DNA of 64,000 nt from Hypanus sabinus (taxonomy: Eukaryota). The notes under the pieces are model-generated. The model saw nothing but the letters and a program-made list of their open reading frames with translations. It had not been told where the DNA came from and searched no databases. Location of the stretch: the NCBI RefSeq assembly GCF_030144855.1, contig NC_082721.1, positions 22,692,001 through 22,756,000 on the forward strand, given 5' to 3'. Numbering within the stretch: the first letter of the stretch is position 1; each line of letters opens with the position of its first letter. The translations under genes were made by a program, and so were the position numbers. Positions 24,501 through 39,500 of the stretch are shown in pieces.

Positions 24501-27500
24501 ATGTTTTTTCATAATTATATTGTAAACAGTTGCTATTACACCTTTCTGAAAAGGATTTAAATTTAAATTTTTTCCAAGATACCCATAGAGTCCAGATTCG
24601 GGAAGGCAGGAAGCACAGTGTTTAAAAAGTTTCTAATCTGTAAATAATTTTTAAAAAATGGGATCTAGGCAAATTATATTTATTAGATAATTGTTCAAAT
24701 GATATGAGACAATTATCCAAAAATAAATCAGAAAATTGTAATATACCTTTAGTTTTCCAAGCTAAATAGGCTTGATAATCCATAATAGAGGGATGAAAAA
24801 AGAAATTAGATATAATAGGAATTGTTAAAATAAATTGATTCAACCCAAAGAATTTCCAAAATTGAAACCATATTCGTAAAGTGTATTTAACTATCAGATT
24901 ATCCATTTGTTTATGCAATTTAGAAAAAGCAAAGGGAAGTGAAGTCCCTAAGATAGAACCCAATGAAAACCCCTGTACAGATTTGGTTTCCAAATTTACC
25001 CAGTGAGGACTTGAAGTTATATCCAAGTCCCATAACTAAAATTTCAAATATAGGATATTAATTGCCCAATAATAAAATCTAAAATTTGGCAAAGCCAGTC
25101 CACCCTGCTTTTTAGACTTCTGTAAGTATCTTTTACCTAACCTAGGGTTTTTATTCTGCCATATATATGAAGAAATTTTAGAATAAACATTATCAAAAAA
25201 GGATTTCGGAATAAAAATTGGTACCGCTTGAAATATATATAAAAAATTAGGTAAAATAATCACCTTAATAGCATTGATCCAACCTATCAGTGCCAGAGAC
25301 AATGGTGACCATTTAGTGAACAAATGTTTAATCTGATCGATTAAAGGTAAGAAATTAGCCTTAAATAAATTCTTATGCTTTTTTCGTAATTTTAACCGCT
25401 AAATATATAAAGTGATCGGTAACCAATCTAAAAGGTAAACTTCCATAAATTGGAACCTGCATATTTAGGGGAAACAGTTCGCTCTTATTAAGGTTCAGTT
25501 TGCAACCAGAAAAATTACTAACCTGAGCCAACAAGGATATAACTGCAGGAATGGATTTCTCAAGATTAGAAATGTATAACAAGAAGTCGTCTGCATATAA
25601 TGATAACTTACATATCTCCATCCCACAAGGAATATCAAGAAGATTAGCTGATTCTCGAATAGCAATTGCTAAAGGTTCCAGGGCAATATCAAATAGTAAC
25701 AGACTAAGAGGACAAACTTGCCTAGTACCCCAAAATGGGCAAAAAGAAAAAGGGAGATTTTTGATTATTAGTAAGAACCGAGGCTACTGGGGTGTGATAT
25801 ATCAATTTAATCCAAGATATAAATATCCAACTAAAATTAAATTTCTCAAGCACTGTAAATAAATATGGTCATTCAACTCTATCAAATGCTTTCTCAGCAT
25901 CTAATTAATTGACACATTCTGGGCTATTCCACACTAAGGAACATATATTCATCATTTGTATCAATGATAGAAAAAAAAAGGTATTTTTTCTTTTAGCTAC
26001 CTGGTGATGCTGGAACACACAGTATCTCCTTACATAATCTGGCATACTCTTCCTTGGCATCAATTTCTGTATTCGAGCTCATGTGCAGTGACTGATCAAC
26101 TTTTGCCAAAATTATTTGTCTTAAGTTGAAGAGGCCTGTGTACAAATAAAGAGGGAAAGAAATTTGGTTATTGTCCTTTTTATTTTCCTTCCCAAGCTAA
26201 GCACTACTCTTTGAAGAGTAAGTAATGCCACAGCTCCCAGACTTTGATTTTTTTTGGACATGTTAATAAGGCAAGTCCAAATTCAGCTGATATTTTCCAC
26301 ATGAATGCACAGAAAAGCAGCCAAATAAAGACTTTTCCAAGGCATCAGAAATAAACTTCAAATGGTCAGGTGCTAACAATTAAATCCAAAACAATGTAAA
26401 ATATAAAAAGCTGCTGAGTTCCAGTATTTTGGCTTTGTTTTTGATAAAAAGAATTGTCATTTTACTGGGATGGGCACTCAAACTTGGACAATGTCAGGGC
26501 CACAGATTTGTCAAATACCATAAGACAAAGCAGCAGGAGCAGAATTAGGCCATTCAGCCCATTCATGCCATTCTCTGCCATTCCATCTTAGCTGATTCAT
26601 TATCCCCCTCAACCCCAATACATAACCTATTCAATACAGATTTCAATTCTTGTCAAAGGAGGCACAGAACTGGGCAAAGAATATACACATCAAGTTGATT
26701 TCGCTCTAGAGTAAATTGCAATTCCAGGAACTGTATCTCCCCCCCACGCCAGTTTAGGCGGTTTTTGGCAGATCGTCCCCAGGAAGATTCCAAATTAGCA
26801 AATACTCGTTGACAGTTGAAAGATCATTAAAATTTTATATATTTTTTTCAAAACTTTCCCTTGCACCACACCACAGGGCTTTTCTTCCCCTTGAGAATAG
26901 TGAGCAGCACTATTTTGGTGTTAGAGAGCATTTACTTTTTGAACACTGATACTATTTTGCACTCATATACAGGAGTATACCTACAAATATTTGCCATTTC
27001 ATTAATCCGAAGGCACCATTCTATCATTTGAGCCTAGTCATTAAGTGGGCACCATGCTAGCATAGCAGTTAACACATTATTACTACAGCTTGGGGCATTA
27101 CAGTTGAGAGTTCAATTCTGATGTCATCTGTAAGGAGTCTGTCATCCTCCCCGAAGAAAGTCTGGGTTTTCCCCAGGTACTCTAGTTTCCTCTCACAGTC
27201 CAAAGACATACCTGTTACTAGTTTAGAATTGATAATTCTAAATTATCCCATGATTAGACAAGGGTCAAGCAAGAGTTGCTGGGCAGTACAGCTTGAAGGG
27301 CCTATACTGTGCTGAATTGATAATAAATTGGAAGAACAAACCCATGTGAGCACTTAACTATTGCTCTTTTGTTAATTTAATGCATTACACAGGTGTGAAA
27401 CAAGAGATCAATACCTACCAGCGTTAGCTAGTCTGGATTTAATGAGCTTGTCCAGAAGAACTTGTGGGATCATACTCCCATCCTTGTAGTGCCTAGACAT

Positions 27501-30500
27501 CCGGAGTAAGGGCTCCTTTTCCCAAACCCAGTTCTCCAACATCTGAGAGGGAGCCTCCACAAAATCTCGCTCAACATGTGTTCCACTGAACATGGCAAAT
27601 TCAGCCTGTTATATGATCACATGATGAAATTTAGGATTAGAATGGTTAACATAATTACTTCTTCCGCTCCACAGTGCTGATTAATAAGTTTTAAATTTAT
27701 CAGATATTGCCTGTAACTTCATAAAAATTGGTAAACTTCCCCAGTCCACAAGAATCAGCAGGGTATTTTACCAGTGAAGAACATTATGACACCGTAGTTT
27801 GCAGGAGGGGCTATTTGAATGCATTCAGGTGGGGCTAATTTCCTTCCTCACACACATACACACCACTTAAGGTGCTTTTTCTGTTAAACTGGATGAAATC
27901 AGGTAACACCTTATCAAGCCAAACAACCTATGGCTCAGCTCCAGTGATGCAAGGGAGTTACCAACTGAGCAGTCAGAAACAAAGTTTTTATAAGATGAGG
28001 AACAGCTGACAAGCTGGAGCACTGGTGCAGCATTTATGCTAATTTTAAGTGTAAAAGTACTACTCTACAGAATCAAGAGCAGCAGAAGAATCACCTTTAA
28101 AGCCACCACTGGCAATGGCAACATTATGAAATGGACCACACAAGGTTTTAAAGGATACCTTCCTCCTGCTATTTCGATTGGACAGCTTTCAGTCTCCATT
28201 TTCTCTTTATACATACTATGAGTGGTAATGAGCACTATCAATCAAATGCATGGGTTGGAAAGAAACTTTCTTCTCCCCAATAATCAAAACTAAAGTAGAA
28301 CATTTTGAGATATGGAGTACAAAACTTCTATGTGTATTTTGTCTGAAGTTGTGTAAAAATAAATATAATAGCAAAGAGATTACAGTACTGGATAAGCAAT
28401 CTAGTAAGGTAATAGTGATGGTCCAGATTCACAAATACAAATTCCACCTCAGAAACAGGAGAATTTAAATTGTTAATTAAATAAATTTTATTTATTTTCT
28501 CCCACACTGCTTTTCACTTTATAAATCTAACTGGCTCTAGGCTTTTAAGAAAGAAAAATCTACTGTCCATACCTAGTTTAGTCACAATACAACTCCAGAT
28601 ATTATTGCAATTACCTTTTAACTGCTCTCTGAAATAGCCTAGCTGTCACTCAGTTCAGTTTCAAGAGTGGGCATTAATGCCAATCTTGCCAGCAAATGTC
28701 CACACCTTTACATTTGACAGAGATGATGAGACAAGTGGGGGATGGAAAATCAGGTACAAGTAATGCCAGTTGTTCATATTTTGCTATGACTCCTAGCAAA
28801 CAAGGTATGGGAATACTGATACTATAATGCTAAAGCAAAACACTGAATACTTGTAAATACAAATCTAAATTTAAAAAAAAATCATAAAATGCTATAAGTT
28901 ACCAGGTCAGGTAGCAACTATGGTGAGAGAAAGTGAATACAACTTTCAGGTTGAAGACCTTTTGTTAGAATTGGTAGCATCCGAATTCATAGTACAGAGA
29001 TTATGTTATTTATTTAATTGTCACAAATCTAGAAAATACATCCAAAATCCAAAAACTTGAACTCACATTCCACTATGGCATCTGAGGAGTTCCAAATCAT
29101 GGTTATTGACTGCGATACAACAGATAGATTTTCTAATGGAATATATTAGAGAGAAGTGTAACGCAGATATCAGTCCACATGAAGTGCCTTGACACTAAGT
29201 GACTACTGTCCATTTCTTGCCGAACCAAAGTTCTTCCAGCAGCTTGTTTTATGCTGCAGCTTCCAGCATCTGCAGTCTTGCATGTCTCATGTTAAGTATG
29301 CATCTTTGGAGTGCAGGAGGGTCAATGTCGAGTTTGAAGGAAAAGACAGACCCGAGGTTTTTTTTTTGAAGTTGCCAGGACACACTGAGAAACTAGTTAG
29401 CTTAGAAAATGGGACCAATAGTCAATGCAGTTTTACAAAGGATAACTTCCTTTCATTTTTACTGATGAATGATTCTAGTTATGAAGCATCAGATACTGTA
29501 CCTAAGTGCACAGTATCAAGTGCTTCATGGCTGGAATCATTCAGTAGAAATTAAAGGAAGCTATTCTATGTAAAACTCCATTTAGGGTGCAACTGCACTA
29601 CAAGTCCCATTTTGGTCTCTAAACTTTAAACAAGATACAAAGGACTCGAGGAGGAAGTGGAGATGAAAAATTCCCCATCCCTGGAGTTTTAACGACAGGT
29701 CCTGCTGAGAGAACTAGAGTTGTTCTCCTTTAAGCAAAAGTGGTTAGCAGGTGGTGTGCTGCTGCACTTGGAGTATTGTTAACACTTCTGGGCCCCATAT
29801 CTCAGAAAGAATATGTTATCATTGGAGAGAGTCCAGAGGAGATTCACAAGGATGATTTGGGGAATGAAGGGGTTAAGATATGAGCAGCATTTGGCACTGG
29901 AACTTGTAACTGGAATTTATAAGAATGTGGGGGGGGGGGAAGGGGGGAAATCTCATTGAAACCTACCGAACGTTGAAAGGACGAGATAGGGAGGATGTAT
30001 AGAGAATGTTTTCTGTGATGGGGGTATTCAGAACTAGAGGGCACAGCCTCAAAATTGAGGGGCAACCCTTTAGAACAGAGGCAAGAACATTCTTTTTTTA
30101 GCCAGAGAGTAGTAAATCTGTGGAATACTCTGCCACAAACTGTGGTGGAGGCCAAGTCCATGCGCAAGGCAGAAGTTGGTTGTTTCCTGATCAGTCAGGG
30201 CCTCAAAGAATATGGTGAGAAGGCAGGTATATAGGGTTGAGTGGGATCTGGGATCAGCCACCACAGAATAGCAGAGCAGACTCGATGGGTTGAATGGCCT
30301 AATTCTGCTCCTATGTCTTATGGTCTTACTGGTTTATGATAGATTTAAATAAGGTAGACATATGATGTTCTATTAGTTAAGGTTACAATTATAAGGGGAA
30401 GGATTTGGACACGGCAGTTCAGGGCAAAGTGGGGGAACCCCCCCACCTTCCACCCGCAAAAAAATAGTAATGATCTAGAACTTGTTGCCTGGAAAGTGAT

Positions 30501-33500
30501 GGATGCAAAGGGAAACAGTGAACTCAGAAGTAAATTGGATAGACACTACAAAGGAATAAACTTTCAGAGGCAAATGGATAGAGTGGGGGGAAATAGGACT
30601 AACTGTATTGTTCTCTAGAGAGCCAGCATGGACTAAATTTGAGTTTTTTTTGTTAAAGTCACACTTACATATGAAGGCCAAAGAACATTAAGAAAATACC
30701 CATTTTAAGATCTACTCATCTGGAATTAGCTGGCCTTGTCTGTAGCTAACATTTAAAGCAAAGGAGACAGATCATTTCTATGTTCAATAATTAATAACAG
30801 TAATTAAATTGAAGAGCAACACCATATAAAAGTGTTCACATTCTATATTGAAATCCACTGGCTTTAATTGGGAACCACAAGTATGGCCACAAGACTACAA
30901 GCAGGTTCAGGCAATATTATCCAATAATCAAATAAACTAGCAATAAACGGTCTAGCCCCACATATGAAGCATGGTAAATTGGTTTAGGAAGTGGACAGCC
31001 ACTATTACTACAGCAATAGGCCATTGATGGATATCTCACCTGGGAGCAGATTTGATGCATCACATGACCAAACTCATGGAAGTAGGTTTCAACCTCATCG
31101 TGCTGAAGTAAAGATGGAGCACTGGGAGTTGGCTTAGTGAAGTTTGCGACCATAGCAGCTACTGTGATTTGCCTTGTATTATCTGGTAATAAGCAGCCTG
31201 GCTGAAGTCCAAAACAGGCAGCATGTCCATATTTCCCTTCCCTGTAAATACATACATCCTTAACTTAACACAAATATCTCCCAACAGCTAATGTCACCAC
31301 CTATAATTAAATACAACTGCTAGCAGAATACCTCTAATCATTTCCACAATTGACTTGAACAAAAAAATGTGTTAAAGGTAAACACTGAATTTATAATCAT
31401 TTGAATTTTGAACACTTCTTTTCAAGCCTTTTCCTTCTTTAAGGATATGGAACAGTTCTCTTATTAATCATCCATGATGATCCCCAACTCTATTCTTTGC
31501 TGTCCTCTAATTTATTGATACAATTCCACAGTTATTAATGTTCTGTACTTTCAGTTCTTCTACTTCAAAACTACATGCTATATGTCACATTCTTCATTCT
31601 CTATGGCTCCATTCTGATGATATCTAAATTTATCCCATTTCTTACTGCTTCATTGAGAACCAGGTCCTTTACAACTAATCTTTATGAAAATATAACCAGA
31701 CCTAAACTTGCAACCTTCACTCAGCACAGACCACAAAGTTCAATCTTTCTGGTCCACTTGATCTGCTGCAAAGTGGTCAAAGGAACCTAGCTGTTTATGA
31801 CAATAACATCTAAATTTGGTTCAGATTTTCTATACTCTGAATGAATATAATTGTAAATTACCTTGGGTACAAATCTAAGTAGAATTGTCCCAACAGCTCT
31901 CCAGATGCCTTGTCTTTCACAGAGTACAACTTTACATCCTCGTGCCATACAGGTTCATTCTCAACAAGCTCGAAGGTCAATCCTAGCAGTTCCTGATAGA
32001 TACTCATCAGGCCAGTTGTTACCACTTCCATGGGAAAATACTCCTTCAGCAGGTTCTGGTCCACACAATACTTCACCTCCTCCACCTGGTTCATGTAGTA
32101 CCGTAGATCCCAGGCATTTATAATATCATCAAAATCCAGTTGTCGCTTTGCACATTCTTCCTTCTTCAGGTCCAAGATAACTGCCCTTTCCTCGTCAGCA
32201 AGTGGTTTTAGTTTCCTTGCTAGTTCATCTGAAACACAATATAAAGATTTAGATGCACTGAAGCCAGATGAACAAAAATGGTCTCTTCATGAAAACACAA
32301 GACTCATTTCTACTTTCTTGGCGAACAGCATTTGTAAACAATAAAAATTGCCAATCCACCTACACACACCAAACCCATTAATACAAATGACACTAAATTG
32401 CCTCTCAGTTCAAACTATTAAAAGGTGAAAAATAAATGCCAGTCTTATCAGGGGCAACCATACCCCATGAAGAGATAAAATCTCAGATTCATTAGTTGGT
32501 GTCAGTATAGACAGAGTAACATTGATTCAGAAGGTCTGGTGTGCAAAAAATTAAAAAAAGATTGAAAATTTAAAACATTTTATTAAAAGAGTTTGCATCT
32601 TGATCCTTCAGGGATCAATTTAGCCAGATAACAATTGTCACAACCAAAAGGGCAGTAGATAGGAATGGGGTAGTAGCAAATTCTCATGGCCTTCATAGTG
32701 CCTCTGAACCATTCCTGCCAGGAAGATAACCAAATCTATTTACAAAATTACTTGATCTTGCAAAATAGCAGTCAAGGTTTTAGGAAGATCATTCATTTCA
32801 GAATTTATAATTCGAACAATGCTGTCCGCAACTGGCAACAGTTCTTAACTTCAACACTAAGTCACTTTGTTTTTCAGTACAGCAATTCTACTGTATTAAG
32901 CATCTTCACTTGGTAGATTGTCAAGGCTTCCATGCCAACATACAACATATATGTTGTAGATCCTTAAACAAAAATACATTCCATTGACTCCTTGTATCTT
33001 ATATTCTAATCACATTAATTACCAAGAAAGACAGTGACATTCTTGCTGTTCTTAGCCATGTTCATTTCTAGCACAAAATCTGAGTGGGTCTTGAAGTTCA
33101 GGAGGGCCGATTTCTTTTTACGAAGTGCCACCACTTCCTTAAGGATATCTGTGTTGTCCTAGATCAACAAAAGAAAAACTTTCCTTAAGTCTTTATACTA
33201 AAGCACTAAGTAATACAAGCGCCTCTACATCCTTGCTATGCCCAATCATGTTTTGAAGCTACTTGCTGAATTTTCAATGCACAGTCGGCCCTCCTTATCC
33301 ACGAGGGGTTGGTTCCAGGACCCCACGCGGATACCGAAAAACGCAGATGCTCAAGTTCCTTATTCAACCTGTCTCAATGCAGTGGACCTTAGGACCTTAT
33401 TTAACCTGTCTCAGAGGTTAACACATTAGGACCCGGTGGCGGAGCTCTGAATCCATAGTGTTTCTGTTCACAAAAATAATCACGACTGAAAATAAAGTGG

Positions 33501-36500
33501 AAATAATAAAGCGATCAGAAAGAGGTGAAACGCCACTGGTCATTGGAAAAGCGTTAGGCTACAGTCGAGTCGGTCAATGATCGGAACAATTTTAAAGGAT
33601 AAAGTGAGAAAGGCCCTGCCCCGATGAAAGCTATAATTATTACTAAGCAACACAATGGTTGAATTATTGGGTTTTGGGGTTTTAGGTTTTTGATCCTCCA
33701 CATCAACCAGGCACAGATGGAGAGCATGCTCGGAAGTGGTCTGTCACTGGCCCGGCGCTGAGACATATGTTCTTAAGTGTTTTATATGCACAGAAAGGTA
33801 AAATATATATTATATACTAAGACAAACGTTTGACTAACTGACACTAAATAATACCGGATATACCTGTTCCAACTTGCATAGTAAGAGAACTTCCGATTTT
33901 TTTCGATCNNNNNNNNNNNNNNNNNNNNNNNNNNNNNNNNNNNNNNNNNNNNNNNNNNNNNNNNNNNNNNNNNNNNNNNNNNNNNNNNNNNNNNNNNNNN
34001 NNNNNNNNNNNNNNNNNNNNNNNNNNNNNNNNNNNNNNNNNNNNNNNNNNNNNNNNNNNNNNNNNNAGAATACTTAGTTATGCAGAACAGAAAGATCCTA
34101 CATTCCAATGACAATGGGACTCTACTTTGTGACAGGAGGGGAATACAGAAGTCATACTACACTCCTGTTGATTATAATTTAGAGATTCTGGGTGGGGAGT
34201 GCAAGGTACAATGTTTCAAATTGTGGCCCAAAGGGCCTGTTCCTGAGCTGTATAATGTTCGGAGTGCAGCTACATCTAGATTGCATACCTGAGAGATTTT
34301 ATGGAAAAAATTAACCTAAGTGTTTAAAATTAGGAATATTACTAGAAAGGAATGACACTTTCCTGGGGGGGGGGGGGGGGGCTGATACCTTACAGTTTTA
34401 GAATCGAGAGTTTGATACTTACCTCAGATGCTGTCTGTGTAGAGTTTGCATGTTCTCCACACAATTGCATTAGCTTCATCTAGGTATTTTGATTTCCTTC
34501 CATGTCCCAATAACCTGCTGGTGGATTTATTTGGCTACTATAAACCATTTGCTAGTGTAGATTAAGAGTGGGAAAGAATCATAGGGAATTTATTGGGCAT
34601 GTGCAATAAACTGCATGGGTAGAGGGAAATGACTTAACTCTGATAGAAACAACACCCTCTATCTACATAGTTACACGTATATCTTTTGGGCATTCAAGGT
34701 GAACAGTTAAAAAAACAATCTTGCAAATATTAGACGTTACTAAAATAGATACGTCATTTAAGAACAAAGGAGGACAGGCTTAATATGGAGTGTAAACATA
34801 CTAATGATAAAAAAAGTGGTAATGGTATTTATATTAAACAGAAGTAGAGGCATTAATAAGAGATTTAACATAACGTTCCTTAATTGGAAAGTAGAAAGGA
34901 TGCATTGGCTGAAGCAAACAGAATACGCGTATTTAACAGGAAATAATCACGCACCGGAAAGAAATAATGAAAGGTAAGCTGAAACAAATGAACAACAGGG
35001 CAGATCAACTTGCCAGTTTTTGTGCTGTAAATTCTCTTTTAGTGAACAGAGGTCATCAAGTAAAGCCTAGCCTACCTTCATACAACGGGAGTTGAAGGCT
35101 TGCTCCATCTTCTTCCTGGTTTCTGGGACATAACACTTCTTCATTAAGGGAAAATAATGTGGATATTTTAGTGTCACCTTTAGCTTCCCAGTTTCTGTTT
35201 TCTCCAAACCACTGATAAAGTCATCAGGGAGACCACCTAGAAGCACAATATGCCATTATCAACATCAAAGCCAAAAATCACTTCAATAAAACTCAGTATT
35301 TATATTACTTACTCAATATATAATAAAAGATCAAACGATTGATTCAAACAAGAAACATAGGTTTGGCCTCTGGAAAAGCTGCTAAACTCATTCAGTGATA
35401 TGAAGAGAGTCTCAATTATTCTCTAATCTGCATCAAGTAATCTTAATTTAATCAAAGTTGCAGGAAACTCTACATACTGCTGTAGGAAAGCACGGCAGCG
35501 CCCTACTTTATTAGAAGTTTGCACAGATTTTTATAGATGTGTGATGGAGAGCATTGTGTATTTAATAATATTTAAGTAATATTGTAAATATTATTTGATT
35601 AAGCATTGCTGTTTAAGTAATTCATTATGGTTACATGTACAAAGTATGTGAATGGCATACATCATCACCCCACGTGATATGCATGTGCCTCGTTTAAAGT
35701 AAAATCGAAGTAAATGACTTATCTCCCTTGTTTACCTTTCAATTAGTTTTTAATGCTTTGGAGTTACAAAGCATAACAAATATATTGACTGATTACATCA
35801 TGGCCTGGTATGAAAACACCAATGCCCTTGAACAGAAAAGCCTACAACCCAGTCCATCACTGGTGAAGCCCTCCCCACCATTGAGCACATCTACGTGGGA
35901 TGATGTTGCAGGAAAGCAGCATCCATCATCAGGGACCACCCCCCACCACCACCATCCTGGCCATACTCTCTTCTCACTGCTGCCATCAAGATGGTAGGAG
36001 CCTCAGGACCCACATCACCAAGTTTAGGAACAGTTATTGCCCCTCAACCATCAGGCACTTGAACCAGGGGGGATAACTTCACCTACCCCCAACACTGAAC
36101 TGTTCCCTGAATCTACGGGCTCACTTTCAAAGACTCTTCAGCTCATGTTATTGATACTTATTGCTTTTTTTATTTACTTGTTGCATTTGCAGTTTGTTGT
36201 ATTTTGTGCATGGGCTGTTTGTCTGTCTTCTTGTGTGTGGTCAATCATTGATTCTATCGTGTTTCTTTGTATTTACTGTGAATGTCTGCAAGAAAATGAA
36301 TCTTGGGGTTGTACATTCAGATATATGCACTTTGATAATAATTGTACTTTGAACTTTATTGGTTTCAGTATTTCACTAGCAAAACAGGCACAGAATTACT
36401 ATCTCCGCTTTAAAACATGGTCTGAAAAAACAAAGGAGAAAGTCATGGGTTCAGTTTCATGTCCATATATTGAAATAATCCAGGTATACATAAAACACAG

Positions 36501-39500
36501 CCACTTGGATAAGATAGCGGTCCTCAGGATTGAAAGAAATATAATCTTCCTCATTAAGGGAAGAAAATAGACAACATACAAATGAACCAAGGCTAACATT
36601 TTATAATATTTTCCCTAATATCTGAATAAAAGCAATTTCAAATGATGAACTGAGTGTATCACAACAGTACAAGAATATTCGTTAAATGGAGAAGTCCAGC
36701 TGAATAGTTTAATCTGAAAGTTGTCGCTTTATTAGGTACATCTGTACCCCTACCCATTAATATATAATTAGCCAAGAGGTTCAGTTCAGACCAAACATCA
36801 GAATGGGGAAGAAATCTGATCCAAGTGACTTCGACCGTGGAACGAGTGTTAGTACCAGACAAACAGATGGTTCAAGCTGACAGAAAAGAGACAGTAACTT
36901 AACAACAGTGATATTCAGAAGAGTATTTCTGTATGCATGTCAAACCTTGAAGTGGATGGGCTATAAAAGGAGTCCACAAACATATACTCAGTGGCCACTT
37001 TATAAGGTATAGGGGATACCTAATAAAGTGGCCACTAAGTGTATAAAGGCAACAAAAACTCACAGCAAGGCCACAGCGTACGAAATCAAGAGAGATAGCA
37101 AATGCAGAAATCAAGAACCAAAAAATAAACACTCAAATTACTCGTTAGGTCAGACATCATCTGTGGAAGCAACAGATGGCCATCTCAAACTTCTAGCTGC
37201 ATATCAATTTAAATCTCTTCCCCACTCCTACAGTGACTTGTCTGCCCTTGGCCTTTCTCCCCTTAACTAGGGAGAAGATACACACATATCAGAAGAAAGC
37301 ATCTCATATTTCACTTTCAACTCTACAATATAATTGATGATTTGGGTTACCTACACTTACTCACTTCTTCACCATTTTCTTGTCCATTTGTTCATCCCTC
37401 CACACTCCTGGTTGCACCTATCCATGATCTTCTCCCCTCTGGCTCCACATATCACCCAACAGCCTTCATACTGCTATATATCAGCATTTTTTTTAGATTT
37501 TTTCTCAGTCTGATATAGTCTTGATAAGAAGCATCAAGTTATACCTTTTAAGAGATGCTTGGATAAATATATGGATGGGTGGGGATGTGAAGGGCTGAGG
37601 TCAAGGTACGAGTCAATGGCACTAGGCAGAATAATAGCCAAATTGCTAAATAGCTAAATTGGCCAAAGGGTCCATTTCTGTGCTGCAGTCCTCTGTAACT
37701 CCACAGATACTGCACGACTCACTGACTTTTTTCAATGCTCGTTTTTTTTTTAAATGACTGTGTAGATACGATTGTTTTATCTCACCACACTTCTAAAAAA
37801 GAACAATGAATGCTCCACCTAACAATGGATCAAAACAATATATACATATACACACACCACAGAATTAAATGCATAGGTCTGTAGATTCATGATCTTAAGC
37901 TTGAAATAGTGGGCTCACTAGATGTATAAATACAGTTTCATTAGTTATTAATAGGGATAAATTCCAATTCAGGATGAACTCACCGAGTTCATCCTGTGTA
38001 AACTCCAGGCACGTGGTATTCTCATTCAGGTTCTTGCAGAAGTCTATGCATAAAGTACTGATTTTCTTCTTGATAGCTTTGATCTCCTGAAGCACAAAAT
38101 AAATCACATTAAGTCCTTTCACTAGCAATTCTCAATATTTTAGGAATATTGTACATTCCTGAATAAAGTATTTAAATAGAACATTTGACAGTACAGGAAG
38201 ATCTAGTGCCCCAATTAGAAAGCCATTAATAAAGATGAATTTCCTGGAGACCTAGCAGAAAAATCCAAGTAATGTGATACTGATGTAATTGCCTCTCTGT
38301 AATGTTTCATTGCTAAGGTAATGGTTTCTCTGCAGCAGCAATGTTTGGGTTATGACTAGAGATGACGGGGCCTTTGGAATGTATGTTAGCCAATGAGAGG
38401 CAGGTTGTTCTTTCTTGAGGTTCTGGGAGCAAGGATTTCGTGGTCTTTTGCCGGGGGGAGATGTGGGGAGAAGACGTAAATGGAGAGAGTTGACAGACTG
38501 CCGGACAGAGTGGACTCGGAGCGAGGGTCGGTTATGCTCAGGGGAGGTCGACAGGGAACCAGTGGACTGAACCATGAGCTCCAATGTTGCACATTAGACA
38601 TTAGAATGGGCCCTTTTCTTTTTTTTCATTCTTCACTTACCATATAGTCAAATTAGGAATTATAAAGCACAATCGTTAAATCACATTAAACTATTTGTTA
38701 TTTTGTGGTACTGATTTGTAACAGGGGACACATCGTGCAGCATCCACCCAAACAAGATTTCTTAAGTTTGGCCAGGCCGAAGGCTGTTTTCTCCTGGATT
38801 ATGCTGCTAGCCGAACCAAAAGTTACACTGACAATGGAACCAGAAGTTCCAACATGCCATTTCTCTTCGATGTTCAGTTAAATATTAGCTGGTGTACCAG
38901 TTACTTCCAAGTAACTTGGGTTAATTTTACATAATATTTCTATGAATAACTACTCATTGGGATCATCAAGATTTTCATTTTAAACACAAGAGATTCTGCA
39001 GATGCTGGAAATGCAGATCAACACACAAAATGTTGGAGAATCTCAGCAGGGCAGGCAGCATCTATGGAGGGATTGACATTTCTGGCTGAGACCCTTCATC
39101 AGATTTTAATTTAGTTTCTTGCCTGGAAAGAACAGGAGCTGTGGTTAGCTTTATAATCAGCTCCCAAAAGCATCGCAAGAGCCTGACGTATATATTAACT
39201 AAAGGAAACTCATCTCTCCAAGAATGGCAGACGGTTCATATGTGCTGGGCAGTGACACATTTTTAACTTTTAACCATGTCCCTCCAATACGACTACAAAA
39301 AGAGCATATTATTCCCACTTATATTGATATTAATCCTGCATTATTTACTAGCATTCTCATTTTGATTAAATATCTATAAATGCCACAATTTTACTGCCAT
39401 TCACCTCTTGCTTCTCTTTACACAAATGGAGTCCATTTCTTTTTCCTAATTTCAACAGTCTTTCCATGTAGCGCTTAGCTTCTGGCCGTAGATCTTCAGC

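Noticed and set aside
36037-36570. 177-aa hydrophobic ORF
   Set aside because: It runs through the T-rich 3'UTR of a Rex1 fragment; a compositional artefact.
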